From Octopus bimaculoides (lineage: Eukaryota): 52,286 nt of DNA. The position numbers and the translations under genes were made by a program. The notes under the pieces are model-generated. The model saw only the letters and a program-made list of their open reading frames with translations. It did no database searches and had not been told where the DNA came from. This document shows, in pieces, positions 13,596 through 25,649 of this stretch (positions are counted from its first letter, which is position 1; each line of letters begins with the position of its first letter). The stretch covers positions 31,073,734-31,126,019 of the forward strand of contig NC_068999.1 in assembly GCF_001194135.2 (NCBI RefSeq), given 5' to 3'.

Positions 13596-14169
13596 GAAAA
13601 ATAGAAGTTGAAAATGCACTGAGAATAGTTAAAATATTTTTTCTATTATATTTAAAGATTTGACTGGTTTCACAGTTTACACTGATTTTCAAATAGTTGA
13701 ACTAGAAAGACATGGCTTATATTGCAACTGTCTTGCTTCTGACTAGTGTTTGAAGCTTGTTCTATTTTTAAAGGGAATTCATGGCTCAAATTAGTATGTT
13801 TTAATAGGACTTGATTGGTAGAGGATAGTCACATGACTGATCTTAGAAATTTTAGTAGGTTCCTCTCTACATCTGTGTGTTAGTATCAAGTGACAATGTT
13901 TGGTGTCATAAGTTAAGGCTGGTTCAGTTAACTGAAAATATCTAGACATGCTTGAGCAATGAACTCCCTATAAAAAATTTGAGCCATGAATTCCCTATAA
14001 AAATAGGACAAGCTTCAAACACTAGTCAGAAACAAGACAGTTGTTACATAAGCCACTTCTTTCTATTTCAAATCTTTGGTAATCAGTGTTAACTGTGAAA
14101 CTTGTATCTTTTAATATAATAAAAAAATATTTTAACTTTTCTCAGTGCATTTTCAACTTTTATTTTTTC
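13596..14169. repeat. Long inverted repeat (arms about 195 bp: 13596-13792 and 13976-14169; spacer about 183 bp)
   Basis: The arms align by eye as reverse complements, e.g. GAAAATGCACTGAGAA, CTGACTAGTGTTTGAAGCTTG, GGGAATTCATGGCTCAAATT. Confidence 0.9.
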
Positions 14170-14204
14170 CTATATTTCTACACATGTGGAATGAAATAAC
14201 TTAG

Positions 14205-14262
<58 letters not shown>

Positions 14263-14340
14263 ATACATATATATAATCTCCTTTCCAGGATCCTAAAAGA
14301 AGATCTGTGGTTGGAGAGATGCTACTTGAACAGGTTACCT

Positions 14341-14800
14341 GAACATCCGATGTATCTCCATCTGTGGCTGTTGGCAATACTGACACTGACACTGCTGTTG
14401 TTGGTGCTGGTGTTGCTGCTGTTGGTGATGGCATCACTAAAGCTGGTGTTGGTGCTGATATTGGTACCATTAATACTGGCATAGGGGACATCATCAGTGC
14501 TGCTGTTGGTGGTGTTATGGCCCTCAACCCCAGTAGCAGCAGAAACAGCAGCAGCTTTCCCAATGACTACCCCTGTAGCAGGAATGACAGCACCAACCCA
14601 AACAGAAATAGCTGTAGCACCACCGCCAGCGACAACAGCAGTGACGACAGCAACAGCAGCATCCCCCCCCCCCCGAACTGAAATAGCAGCACTACGACTG
14701 TCAATGATATCAATAACAACAGTGACAGTATCCCCCACCCTGATAGCACTGATAACAGCTCCAACAACACCAGCGATAAGGGCCAGAACATCAGTTAATT
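14341..14800. repeat. Degenerate triplet low-complexity tract (TGT/TGG/TGC-rich, then CAG/CAA-rich)
   Basis: Direct reading; it produces stop-free A/V/T/S-rich ORFs in several frames. Confidence 0.8.
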
Positions 14801-15889
14801 CCATCAGTTGAACGCTTAGGAATTGCTCACTGATTCATAATTATGGCTGACATCTAGAATAGGAAATCTTCCTGTATCAGAGAATGGGTAGGAGTGGGGG
14901 TCAACCGATATAGACAGAGAAGTAATTTAGCATGAACCACATTTAACAAATATTCTTTCACAGCAGTTAAGAAGAAGTGATCTAATTGGTGCCCTAATCA
15001 AGTGCTTTGGGCCATCTTAAAATTAATTAAAGATGTAATTCTTGAATGCTACTAAATGAAGATGAGACATGGGAAAGAACAGATCAATAAGTTTAATAGA
15101 TCCAGTTGTAAATATTGGGACATACAGGCAAAGCAGCATTGATTTTGACTCTATCATGATACTGCTAAAATAACTCCATAATATGCATTCCTGTTGTTGG
15201 TTTCTTACTCAATTCATGGTTCATTAAGTGTGAATGATTTATGTTTTAAAACACATTAGAATACTTCTCCCCATTTTCACAGAATATAATGAAAAATAAT
15301 GTAAATCTGTATAAGAAACCTGTTAGTCATTAAATAAATTCAAATATAAAATTTGATTGAGAAACGATGTTATGTGGGAGTGTTTCATTATTAATCTTTT
15401 ATGCTGACTCGATATTGAAATCATGCAACACTGCTCTTGATTTCATTTGCTTAATTTATGGAACCTGTTAGAGAACACTTGTGTGAGATTCCATTTTTAT
15501 TACTTTATATACTTGGAAAAAAAACATTGAGGGGTTAAAAATAAATTTGAACCTTTTGTAAAGTATGTGTTTTCACAGTTCAGCAGTTCCCTTCTTCAGG
15601 TGGTTGTGTTTTATTGAACTTTCTTCATGTTGTTTAGCAGTTCAATGACAACTAAACTTTGCTTCATAGTGTTTCTGAAAGAAAAGGAAAATTAGAATCA
15701 GAAAAAACTTGTGATGGCCTGGAATTGTAAAAATAGTCAAGATACATTTGTATTGTGAGGAGAGATGAATTTTGATGTTTTTCATCTCTGCTGACTCTTT
15801 TTTTTTTCTTTTATTTCTGTAATATGTCTCAGCCCAAAGGCTGTCGCCATGCTGGAACACCACAAGTGTAATCACCTTTTCAGTTGCTA

Positions 15890-16915
15890 TACTTATGAGA
15901 TTAGCTTTTGGTGAAGGAGGGAGTTCAACATTGCTGCCCTCTTTTGAGTTTCTTGCTGCGATATAGGTTTATCAAGGACCTTTGACAGCAAGAGATCAGT
16001 TGTTTCTTGAAAACATCTACCCCTATTTCATGAAGATCCCTCAGATATTTTGGCAAGGCAAAGTTGTTGGGCCCTTGAATCATGGTCTTCACTCTAGGCA
16101 GAGCTGTCCAGTTTGAGGGTGTGCATAGCTCTTGATGCCAAAGTTTGGTGCCAACCCTTCCAGGATCTTCCATATATATATCACTGCATACCTTTCCCAT
16201 CTTCACTCCAGGGAGTAGAGCTGTAGCTTTTTTGGTCTCTCCCACTAGCTTAGCTGTTCCATTGATGCAATCTTCTTGGTGTAGCGCCACTGAACTACCT
16301 CAAGTTCTACTATTAATTTGATACTGTGGGGTGACTACAGTTGAGAGTAGTAGTCCAGATGGCTCAATAAAAAAGCCCTTCATAGAACCAGCATAGTTTG
16401 TACGTCTCTTGTTCTGAATGTTCTCAGAATTCATCCAACTATTCACCTGCACATTGCCACCATCTTGGTGGTATATACATGAAACAAAGAGTTATTGCTC
16501 ATATCAATCCCTAGATCATGCACTGTACTTGACTCTGCGATTGCTGCTCCTCTTAATCCAAAGAAACTTTGCTGGAACATGTTGACACAAGATAGCTGAT
16601 AGCAGAGGGCTTGGGATTTACTTGTATTACATTGCATGTTGTTTCTTCTGCCCATTTATATATACCATCAAGATCTTTCTGTAGAAGAATAGTATTGGAA
16701 GGTTTGCTTGTACTACTTTTATGTCATCAACTTATTTAGTGTAACTGTCTGCATAACTGATGGCATATCTGAGAGAGCAACCATAAATAGCACTCTACTC
16801 TCTGGTACTGTCTCCTTGGAGAAGGTGCCATTGGCTGCCTGTTTTACATATTTTATTGAGAGTTTCTGATTAGACTTGTCCTTCATGTGAATTGTCCTGT
16901 CATATATATGCTGAC
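15890..16915 (-). mobile_element. CR1/L2-group LINE RT 3' fragment
   Basis: LFMVALSDMPS, VHDLGIDMSNNSLFHVYTTKM..CR, GPNNFALPKYLRDLHEIGVDVFKKQL; frameshifted. Confidence 0.75.
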
Positions 16916-16919
16916 TGAC

Positions 16920-17195
16920 CATGGGATTGCACCTAGAAAGTTACCCTCCTAGGCACAAGTCCGGGCAAGGTTGTTTATGGAAGACTAGCAGTTGCCCATG
17001 CATACCGGCCTCCCCACTCCATGCCACCAGTGTTATCCAAGGGGAAGGCAAAGGCCGATACAGCTTGGCACCTGTAACGTCGCAACTCATTTCTACAGCT
17101 GAGTGAACTGGAGCAATGTGAAATAAAGTATCTTGTTGATTCAAACTCACAGCCTCATGATCGTAAGCTCGACGCTCTAACCACTGAGCCATGTG
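16920..17195 (-). mobile_element. tRNA-derived SINE
   Basis: Minus-strand head GTGAAGGCACATGGCTCAGTGGTTAGAGCG (A box) and GAGTTTGAATC (B box), followed by a central-domain-like CTTTATTTCACATTGCTCCAGTTCACTCAGCTG. Confidence 0.8.
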
Positions 17196-17413
<218 letters not shown>

Positions 17414-17789
17414 AAAAAGATGAGGACCGAAATCCTTCAAAGGGATATCAAACATCCAAGTGGTTTTTCATATATATTTTTCTGGTTTTGAATATCTGAC
17501 GTTCTTGTTATCTTTTCATTCTATTATTATTTGTTCATTCCCATCTGGGCTATGAAAGGTCTTTATATTTTTGTTGGTCATAATTATTCATAGCAGTATG
17601 TAATTCCTGACAAAGAATCTAATTTTTATTTCATGAAGAGTTTTTCGTTTTTGTCTTTGGAGCTAATGAGACTCTGAAACAATTTGTAGAATGTATATTG
17701 GTTCTCTATCCAATTTGGATTGTGAATTAAAGTTTGTCTACACCTACAATTTTTCCTTTCCTTACACTTCATTTATATATATTTATATA

Positions 17790-18990
17790 TACTGGGTTTC
17801 CCAGAAAGATTTATTGATGATGAAAAAATTCTTGAAAATTATTGGATAAAGCAATTATATTTTTGATTGTACAGTGATGTTTCAGCTTCAAGTGTTTCTA
17901 GTTTTGTTTGTCTATAATAATTTTGTCAAGAAATATGGTGTCTCAAGTTAAAAGTGATCAAATTGCTACATTAAAATCAGCAGGAAAATCTAACAATAAT
18001 ATTGAAAAACAGCTCAATGTATATTATAAGAAACATTGCAATCAATCTGGCATGGCATCAAGCAAACCAATTCCAGGGCATAAAAGAATTGTTTGCACCA
18101 AACCTATGGTTGTTACTGTCAGAAAGCGAGTTCACACGAATCTTCATTGAATATTGTGAAAAATGTCAAGAGAGCTTAATATTTCAAAAGATTCAATGCA
18201 CAGGATTGCTAAAGAGGATCTCAGACTAAAGGTATACAAAAAGCAACCCAGGCAAGTAATTTCAGCAGCTTTGAAGAAAGAACAGCTCGACCGGTGGAAA
18301 AAGATGTTAGCAGAACTGAACAGCTCTACAATCAAAGTATTCATTTGGAATAATGAGACCTTCACTGTGGAGGCTGTTACAAACAAACAGAATGACAAGC
18401 TGTATACTGCTGATGTTCAGGACTTGCCTAAAGGGGGACAAGCCCATTGTCATTGTCAGAAATCAGCTGGGGTTATGGTGTAGGATGCCATGGCATCTGA
18501 TGGATCTAAGACTCCTTTGATTTTCATTTAATTGGGTGTTAATGTGAATTGTTCAGTCTGTGCCAAAATGTTGAAAGAAAACATGTTGCCTTGGTTGAAT
18601 GAAGCATTTGGAAACAGGTCTGTCTTCACTCAGGACAGTGGCCCAGCCTACACCTTGAATGTTACCCAAAAAATGGTGCAGAGAGCATTTTTGCAGTTTT
18701 TTAGACAAGAAGATTTGACCTCTCTCAAGCCCACATATCAACCCAAGGAAGTTTTCTGATTGGTCTATCTTAGAGAGTGATGTCTCAGCTATCTCATATT
18801 CAAACATAGTGGATCTGAAAAAAGTGATTCTTACTTGTGTGGAGTAAATTTGACAAAGAAGTGGTGCTATTGCAGTTCAGTAACCACTCGCTTGCAGGCC
18901 ATGATCAAAGCAAGAGGCAGTCACTTTGAAATCTGATTTGTGTATTTGGTAGGTAAAATATAATTCTTATAGTTTAGGAAGTTTAATTGC
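17790..18990 (+). mobile_element. Decayed Tc1/mariner-superfamily transposon, probably maT (DD37D-like)
   Basis: MSRELNIS..SMHRIAKEDLRLKVYKK, VFIWNNETFTVE (first D region), VMV*DAMASDGSKTPLIF, FTQDSGPAYT, SSPHINPRKFSDWSILE (from SPDLNPLD). About 36-37 residues between the second and third D positions across a frameshift; TIRs degenerate. Confidence 0.8.
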
Positions 18991-19084
18991 CCTCTCTTGT
19001 ATGTATTATGAGTAATTACAAAAATATGATAGGTAAATATTTCTGCAACACTTGTTATATATATACATATATATATATATATAT

Positions 19085-21296
19085 TCTTGGAAAGCAGATA
19101 AGAAAAAAAATTGCCAATGTTCTGTGTCATGAGGATCAAAGACTTGAAGTGCTTTGTGTTGCAAGACAGTGTTTGAGAGAGAATCATGATGTCATAGGAG
19201 AGAAATGTGTCCGCATGGATGATGGCTCACTTGCATTTAATGAGGTTGCAAAGAGAAAGGCTTGGAGATGCTATTATGAAAGACTGCTGAACGTGGAGAA
19301 TGAATGGGAGAAGGAGAGACTACCGAATGTCAATCCAACAAAAGTACCTGCTATCTGAATGGACAGTGCCTTGGTAGAAAAAGCAATTTAGGGTATGAAG
19401 ACAGAGAAAGCATCCAGCCCATCAGGAAACACCGCAGAGATGCTTAAAATATCTGGTGGTGTCAGCTATAGTCTAGTCACCCATATAGTCGATCAGGTGA
19501 TATATGCAGGAGTCATGCCCAATGAATGGTGTAGCAGCATGATAGCCAATTGCTACAAAGGTGATGCATTAGATATGAATAATTACAGAGGTATCAACTT
19601 GTTGGATCAGGTAATGAAAGTCACATAGAGGGTCATAGCCCAACTAATTAAGGAGAGAGTTAGTTTAGACAGGATCCAGTTTGGGTTTGTTCCAGGGAAA
19701 AGCACCAATGATGCTATATTTCTGGTAAAACAGCTGTGGGAGAAATACCTAGCCAGAGATAAACCTCTGTACCTGGCTTTCGTTGACATGGAGAAAACCT
19801 TTGACAGAGTTCCCCGATCCCTTATTTGGTGGTCAATGCAGAAACAAGGGATAGATAAGTGGTCAGTGAGAGCTGTACAAGCCATGTACCATGTACAGGG
19901 ATGCTGTCAGTAAGGTGAGGTTTGGCAACGAGTATAGTGAAGAATTCCAGGTAGGGGTTGGGTTCACCAAGGATCAGTCCTTAGCCCTCTCTTATTCATC
20001 ATAGACCTCCAGGCAATAACAGAGGAATTCGAGAGAGGATCCCCCTGGGAGCTTCTCTATACTGATGACCTTGCTCTTATAGCTGAGTCACTATCAGAAC
20101 TAGAGGAGAAGTTTCAGATGTGGAAGTAAGGTCTAGAATCGTAGGGCCTTAGAGTCAATTTAGTAAAAACCAAAGTCTTAATGAGTAAAAAGGCAGACAA
20201 ATCACAAATCTCTTCAGGTAGATGGCCCTGCTCGATCTGTAGAAAAGGTGTGGGTAGAAATTCCATAAGATGTACCTGGTGTAACCAATAGACATATAAG
20301 AGGTGCAGCAATATCAAAGTAAAGCTAAATAGGATGATAGTTTTTGTGTGTGGCAAATGCTTTTGTCACATGCCAGGGGGAAAAACTACAAGTATTTGAT
20401 AGCTTCTGTTACCTAAGTGACCACGTCAGTAGCGTGGTTGGATGCTCTGAGAGTGTAGTGACTAGAATAAGAATAGCTTGGCAAAGTTCAGAGAGCTCCT
20501 GCCTCTGCTGGTGACAAAGGGCCTCTCACACAGAGTAAAAGGTAGACTGTATGATGCATGTGTGCGAACAGCCATGCTACATGGCAGTGAAACAAGGGCT
20601 GTGACTGCTGAAGACATGCGTAAGCTTGCAAGAAATAAAGCTAATATGCTTCAGTGGATGTGTAACGTCAACATGCATATGTAACAGAAAGAAAAGATGT
20701 ACATAAGAAGCATCAGATGTGGTTTGCAAGAGAGACGACTGTGCTCGTATGGTCAAGTGTTGTATATGGATGAGGACAGCTGTGCGATAAAGTGTCCCAT
20801 CCTATCAGTAGAGGGAACTTGTGGAAGAGCCAGACCCAGGAAAACCTGGGATGAGGTGGCAAAGCATGACCTTTGAACATTGGGCCTCACTGAGGCGATG
20901 ACAAGTAACTGAGACCTTTGGGGATATGATGTGCTTGAGAAGACCCGGCAAGACAAGTGTGACCATAACTGTGGCCTATGCCAATGCAGCATAACTGGCC
21001 CATTTAAGAATACCTTTCAATCATTAGATAATAAACTGTGCTTGTGAAGACCTGTTGAGTCAAGTGAAGTCATTGTTGTGGTCATTGTTAGTACCACTTG
21101 ACTGGCTCCTGACCCAGTGGCATGTAAAAAGCACCCACTGCACTCTCAGAGTGGTTGATGTTAGGAAGGGCATCCAGCTATAGAAACTTTGCCAGATCAG
21201 ATTAGAGCCTGGTACAGCCTTCTGGTTTGCCAGTCCTTAGTCAAACCGTCCAACCAATGTCAGCATGGAAAGCGGATGTTAAACGACGATGATGAT
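19085..21296 (+). mobile_element. RTE-clade LINE (RT domain to 3' tail), degenerate
   Basis: NYRGINLLDQVMKV, QFGFVPGKST.DAIF, FVDMEKTFDRVP, GVHQGSVLSP, LLYTDDL, KTKVL, C-terminal SETRAVTAEDMRKL, tail AAACGACGATGATGAT. Confidence 0.92.
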
Positions 21297-21309
21297 TCTT
21301 TCATTATTT

Positions 21310-21512
21310 TAGTCTTTTATCTGTTTCAGTCATTTGACTGCGGCCATGCTGGAGCACGACCTGTCGTCAAACAAATCAACCCCAGGACTTATTCTTTGTA
21401 ATCCTAGTACTTATTCTATCATTTGCTTTTGCTGAACCACTAAGTTACAGGGACGTAAACACACCAACATTAGTTGTCAAGTGATGGTGGGGGTACAAGC
21501 ACAGACACACAA
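21310..21512 (-). mobile_element. SINE 3' portion
   Basis: Reverse complement of the same tail as 49836-50275 (CTTGACAAC..AACTTAG..GTTCAGCAAAA..CCAGCATGGCCGCAGTCAAATGACTGAAAC). Confidence 0.75.
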
Positions 21513-21955
21513 ATACACATACATATATATACATATATATACATATATNNNNNNNNNNNNNNNNNNNNNNNNNNNNNNNNNNNNNNNNNNNNNNNNNNNN
21601 NNNNNNNNNNNNNNNNNNNNNNNNNNNNNNNNNNNNNNNNNNNNNNNNNNNNNNNNNNNNNNNNNNNNNNNNNNNNNNNNNNNNNNNNNNNNNNNNNNNN
21701 NNNNNNNNNNNNNNNNNNNNNNNNNNNNNNNNNNNNNNNNNNNNNNNNNNNNNNNNNNNNNNNNNNNNNNNNNNNNNNNNNNNNNNNNNNNNNNNNNNNN
21801 NNNNNNNNNNNNNNNNNNNNNNNNNNNNNNNNNNNNNNNNNNNNNNNNNNNNNNNNNNNNNNNNNNNNNNNNNNNNNNNNNNNNNNNNNNNNNNNNNNNN
21901 NNNNNNNNNNNNNNNNNNAGCAATGGTAAGGTTGGAAATATATTTTATGGATAGA

Positions 21956-22004
21956 GTCTTACAGCTGTTTCTGGGAAGATCCAGTACTTCCCTTCATCGG
22001 AGAC
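21956..22004 (-). ncRNA. Minimal type I hammerhead ribozyme, variant core
   Basis: 5'-GUCU CCGAUGA A-GGGAAG-UACUGGAU-CUUCCC-A GAAA CAGCUG UA AGAC-3': stem I GUCU/AGAC, 6-bp stem II, palindromic stem III, GUA cleavage triplet, at the 3' end of the PLE. Confidence 0.72.
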
Positions 22005-22793
22005 AGAAATAGTAAAGGAATCGATTATTATATCCATAGGCGGAGAGTTTTAGTATGAAGTGATAGTGAGTGTGATGTGCTGAAAAAAGAAAGAAAGAGA
22101 GAACAGTACTTGGAGTGTAGTTTCATTCCAGTAGTAAGTATCCGTGTAAAGTAATCCTTGTTGGTATAATCCGGAAATAGTTGCTGCAGCAAAGGCTGAG
22201 ATAGCAGAGGTGAATATATGCCATATTGTGTCCGAGGTATTTTGCTTGTGTGCACTTGAAGGAAGCCCAAGTCAAGTGAGAAGAGTGCTTAGGGTAAGTA
22301 GGTCAAGTCTTGAAGACAGAGTGGGAAGGGGATAGAGGAAAGATTCAGGTGTCGAATGGTAGTGGTATATTTTTATGGTCAGTTGATCTGACTGGATAGA
22401 GAGGATGAGTATAGTGAGGGAATGAGGGAGGGGGATGAGGTTAAATAGTTTAGTGAGGAGGAAGGAATGCGCAGAGGCAGTATAAAGGTGGTGGGGTTAT
22501 GGGTGACAAGCCAAGAACAGTAATAAAGGGAGAGAGGATTGGGATAGGTAGTTAGTAGTATCATATTCTAAAAGATAGCTAAACCTATTTATAGACGGTG
22601 GAATTGGGATTTAAAGTAACCAAAGCCTGTATGTGGTGGTGGTGTTATTGTCAAGTAGAGTGTAGAGGAAGTAGATTTTGGGAATATATATATAGTGGTG
22701 ATAGGATCGAACAAGAAATAAGTCTATTCAAAAGATGGTAAAAGATGGATGTTGTTGCCAGGTCGAATAGGTTGCCTATGGGGAGCCGTGCGA

Positions 22794-24886
22794 TTATGTT
22801 GCGTGATCGTCTGTGCATTTTTGCTTGTGATAAAATTTAAATGTATGGAAAGAGCGGTGATTGCAGTTGCTAAATGCTTCATTATATCGATTAAGTAGAG
22901 TGGGAGAATTGTATTTTAAAATATGGAACGCCTCCTTTAGGCAAAGCTTGCAGTTGGAGCGCTGACCCTGGTGTGGAGTTCCAGAATCTAATATAGACCA
23001 TTTTAAAGTATATTGGGTATTTGTGCTTTTGAGGTGATGAATGTGATTGGCTAATGTTGTAGATTTACTGTGTTTGTCGTATCTAAAAGAGTGCAAGTGG
23101 GCTGCATAGCGATGTTTGAAGTTTTTAGTAGCACCTATGTATGTAGCAGTAGAGTTATGTAATAGATTTCTCACGGTGCATTTATATATTACGTTGTATT
23201 TTACGCACTGTGTTTGAAGCGGGCAGATAGTCCCGGAGCGACAGTTACAAGTATAGGAGGCTTGAGGGTTGCGTCTGTTGGTGGGTGAGTTATTACTATT
23301 GGAGGATACGTTATTGGGGGATGTGTAAGAATTTAGATCAATGGAATTATTGTTATGGCTATTTGTCCTATCATTGTTATTATTGGTGTTGTTATTATCT
23401 AGGATATTAATGGNNNNNNNNNNTAAGAATTTAGATCAATGGAATTATTGTTATGGCTATTTGTCCTATCATTGTTATTATTGGTGTTGTTATTATCTAG
23501 GATATTAATGGGTTGTTCGAGTGTACGGGCGTTATTGCTAGAAGAACGTATATTAATGCCCGTGTTGGGTGTATGTGTGTGTCGGGTGCTGGCGCTAGCG
23601 TAGTTATGGTTGCGTAGGTTTTGGTAATATAGCGAAAGTTTATGTTTATTAGAAGTTGCTATAATAGATTCGAAGTTAGGGGTGGTAGAATACGATAATT
23701 TTAAAGTGGATCTGTTGAAAATAGAGTGGTATTTGTGTTGTCGTGGGAAGTTAGAATCTAGTATTTTAAAGAAAGATTTGGCTAAGTTCCTAGTGTTAAG
23801 TGAGAATGGGGGGTGTACCACAGGATGGAGCGGCCACCGCTTTTTTGGGGGGTTCTGTGCATGTTGTAATCGAGGTATTTAGGTGGAGGGCAGTTGTCCA
23901 CATTTTTGGTGCGGCTAACTGTTTTATACATCTTAGATTTAGCCCTAGTGTTATAAGTGTGTTTGTGGGGTCTGTTTGAATATGTGGGTGGTTGGTTGTG
24001 GTTGTGATTAATGTTATGTCCTTGGGGTGCGATTTGGGATATAAATTGTTTAACTCTGGTGTTATGGATGTATTTTATTTGCTGGGAGAAACCACTAGCC
24101 GCTAGTGCTTGATTGTAGTATGGAGCGTGATTGTTAAAGATTTCTTCGGAAGAGGATAGATCAGATATGCGGGTTGAGATACCCATGATTATGTTATCGA
24201 AAGTAGATCTGTGATGATTAGAGCGAATATTGAGGTATTTTAGGTACTGGTTGCGTTTGTGATAGGGGGAGTGTTGCGAGTTAGATCGGTTCAGAGAGAC
24301 GTCCAAGAAGTTAGCCGTTTTATATGCGTTTTCGAAAGTTTTTGATAGATTCATACTTGAGAAGAATTTGTGTAGATCCTTTTTTGTCCTCTCAATGGAA
24401 GATTTATTAGTAGCCTTGGTAATAAGTAAAGCGTCGTCCCTATACAGACCACCATGGACGTTAGGGAAGTGTGATTTTAATTTGTGGAGTATGTACAATC
24501 CAACTAAATCCGTGGCCTGAGCGGAATCGGACGATCCCATGGTTACATCAAATAATTTGTTAGAGCTATTAGTATGTTGATTAGCTCGGCACAAGAGCTT
24601 GTTCTCGAAAGCTATAAGAGTTTTGCGAGCGTTGATTATAATGTTAATTTCTAAAGGGGTTATGCTCGTAAGATTCCTGGCGAAAAGAATGGCCTTATTT
24701 AAAAGTTTAGGAGATATAGAGGAGTAATAATTGTTGATATCGAATTGGAGGAACGAGAATGAGTTTTTGTTCTCCAAGGTGTGGAACCATGCAATGACCT
24801 CCCCGGTGTGGTACCATAGATTTGCATGTAGTTTCTCTTTGACGATTGGTATTATCTTGTCTAAAATATTTTTACTAATTCTTCCG
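22794..24886 (-). CDS. PLE RT-endonuclease polyprotein (partial; one frameshift, one assembly duplication)
   Basis: Open from 24886 to about 23815. A single missing C in a C6 run (about 23808-23813) shifts the frame. The frame then stays open to the stop at 22794 once the 88-bp duplicate around the 10-N gap is collapsed (translated by hand). Confidence 0.8.
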
Positions 24887-25649
24887 ANNNNNNNNNNNNN
24901 NNNNNNNNNNNNNNNNNNNNNNNNNNNNNNNNNNNNNNNNNNNNNNNNNNNNNNNNNNNNNNNNNNNNNNNNNNNNNNNNNNNNNNNNNNNNNNNNNNNN
25001 NNNNNNNNNNNNNNNNNNNNNNNNNNNNNNNNNNNNNNNNNNNNNNNNNNNNNNNNNNNNNNNNNNNNNNNNNNNNNNNNNNNNNNNNNNNNNNNNNNNN
25101 NNNNNNNNNNNNNNNNNNNNNNNNNNNNNNNNNNNNNNNNNNNNNNNNNNNNNNNNNNNNNNNNNNNNNNNNNNNNNNNNNNNNNNNNNNNNNNNNNNNN
25201 NNNNNNNNNNNNNNNNNNNNNNNNNNNNNNNNNNNNNNNNNNNNNNNNNNNNNNNNNNNNNNNNNNNNNNNNNNNNNNNNNNNNNNNNNNNNNNNNNNNN
25301 NNNNNNNNNNNNNNNNNNNNNNNNNNNNNNNNNNNNNNNNNNNNNNNNNNNNNNNNNNNNNNNNNNNNNNNNNNNNNNNNNNNNNNNNNNNNNNNNNNNN
25401 NNNNNNNNNNNNNNNNNNNNNNNNNNNNNNNNTATATATATATATACATGTGTGTGTGTGTGTGCATACATATATGTTAATGTTCAATTTTATATTCAGT
25501 TATAATAAAAACAATTTTACATTAACCTTATTCTATACTTTTGTAGAGTACAAATTCATTATTCTTATATAAGAATGTTGTTGACAGTGACTTTGAAGTT
25601 TCAACCAGCTAAATCATCATCAGACTACCAGTCCTACAATGGTTTAGGT

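Larger units (their letters stand above)
21919..24887 (-). mobile_element. Naiad-type Penelope-like retroelement (RT, C-terminal GIY-YIG, 3' UTR with hammerhead); 5' part lost in gap
   Basis: RT motifs FLQFDINNYYSSIS, MGSSDSAQATDLVG, GLYRDD; thumb WY-PPFS..IFNRSTLKLSYS; CNCR-x4-CP-x4-C zinc motif; VIYKCTV..TYIGAT..FKHRY..H GIY-YIG; C-terminal CKLC..E..LN..E..C.H. Confidence 0.9.

Noticed and set aside
14201-14811. Overlapping 100-160 aa mucin-like ORFs on both strands
   Set aside because: Degenerate triplet repeats lack stops in several frames; no splice or homology support.
17660-17695. Hammerhead-like CTAATGA-GACTCT-GAAA-CAATTTG-TA
   Set aside because: Core mismatch, no workable stem II, and stem I does not pair; at best a decayed remnant.
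21919-22793. SECIS element in the Naiad 3' UTR
   Set aside because: No in-frame TGA in the visible ORF and no convincing AUGA/AA/GA kink-turn by eye; the gap-hidden N-terminus remains untested.
23326-23511. Exact 88-bp tandem duplication inside the Naiad ORF
   Set aside because: The two identical copies flank a 10-N gap, and collapsing them restores the frame, so this is most likely an overlapping-contig artefact.
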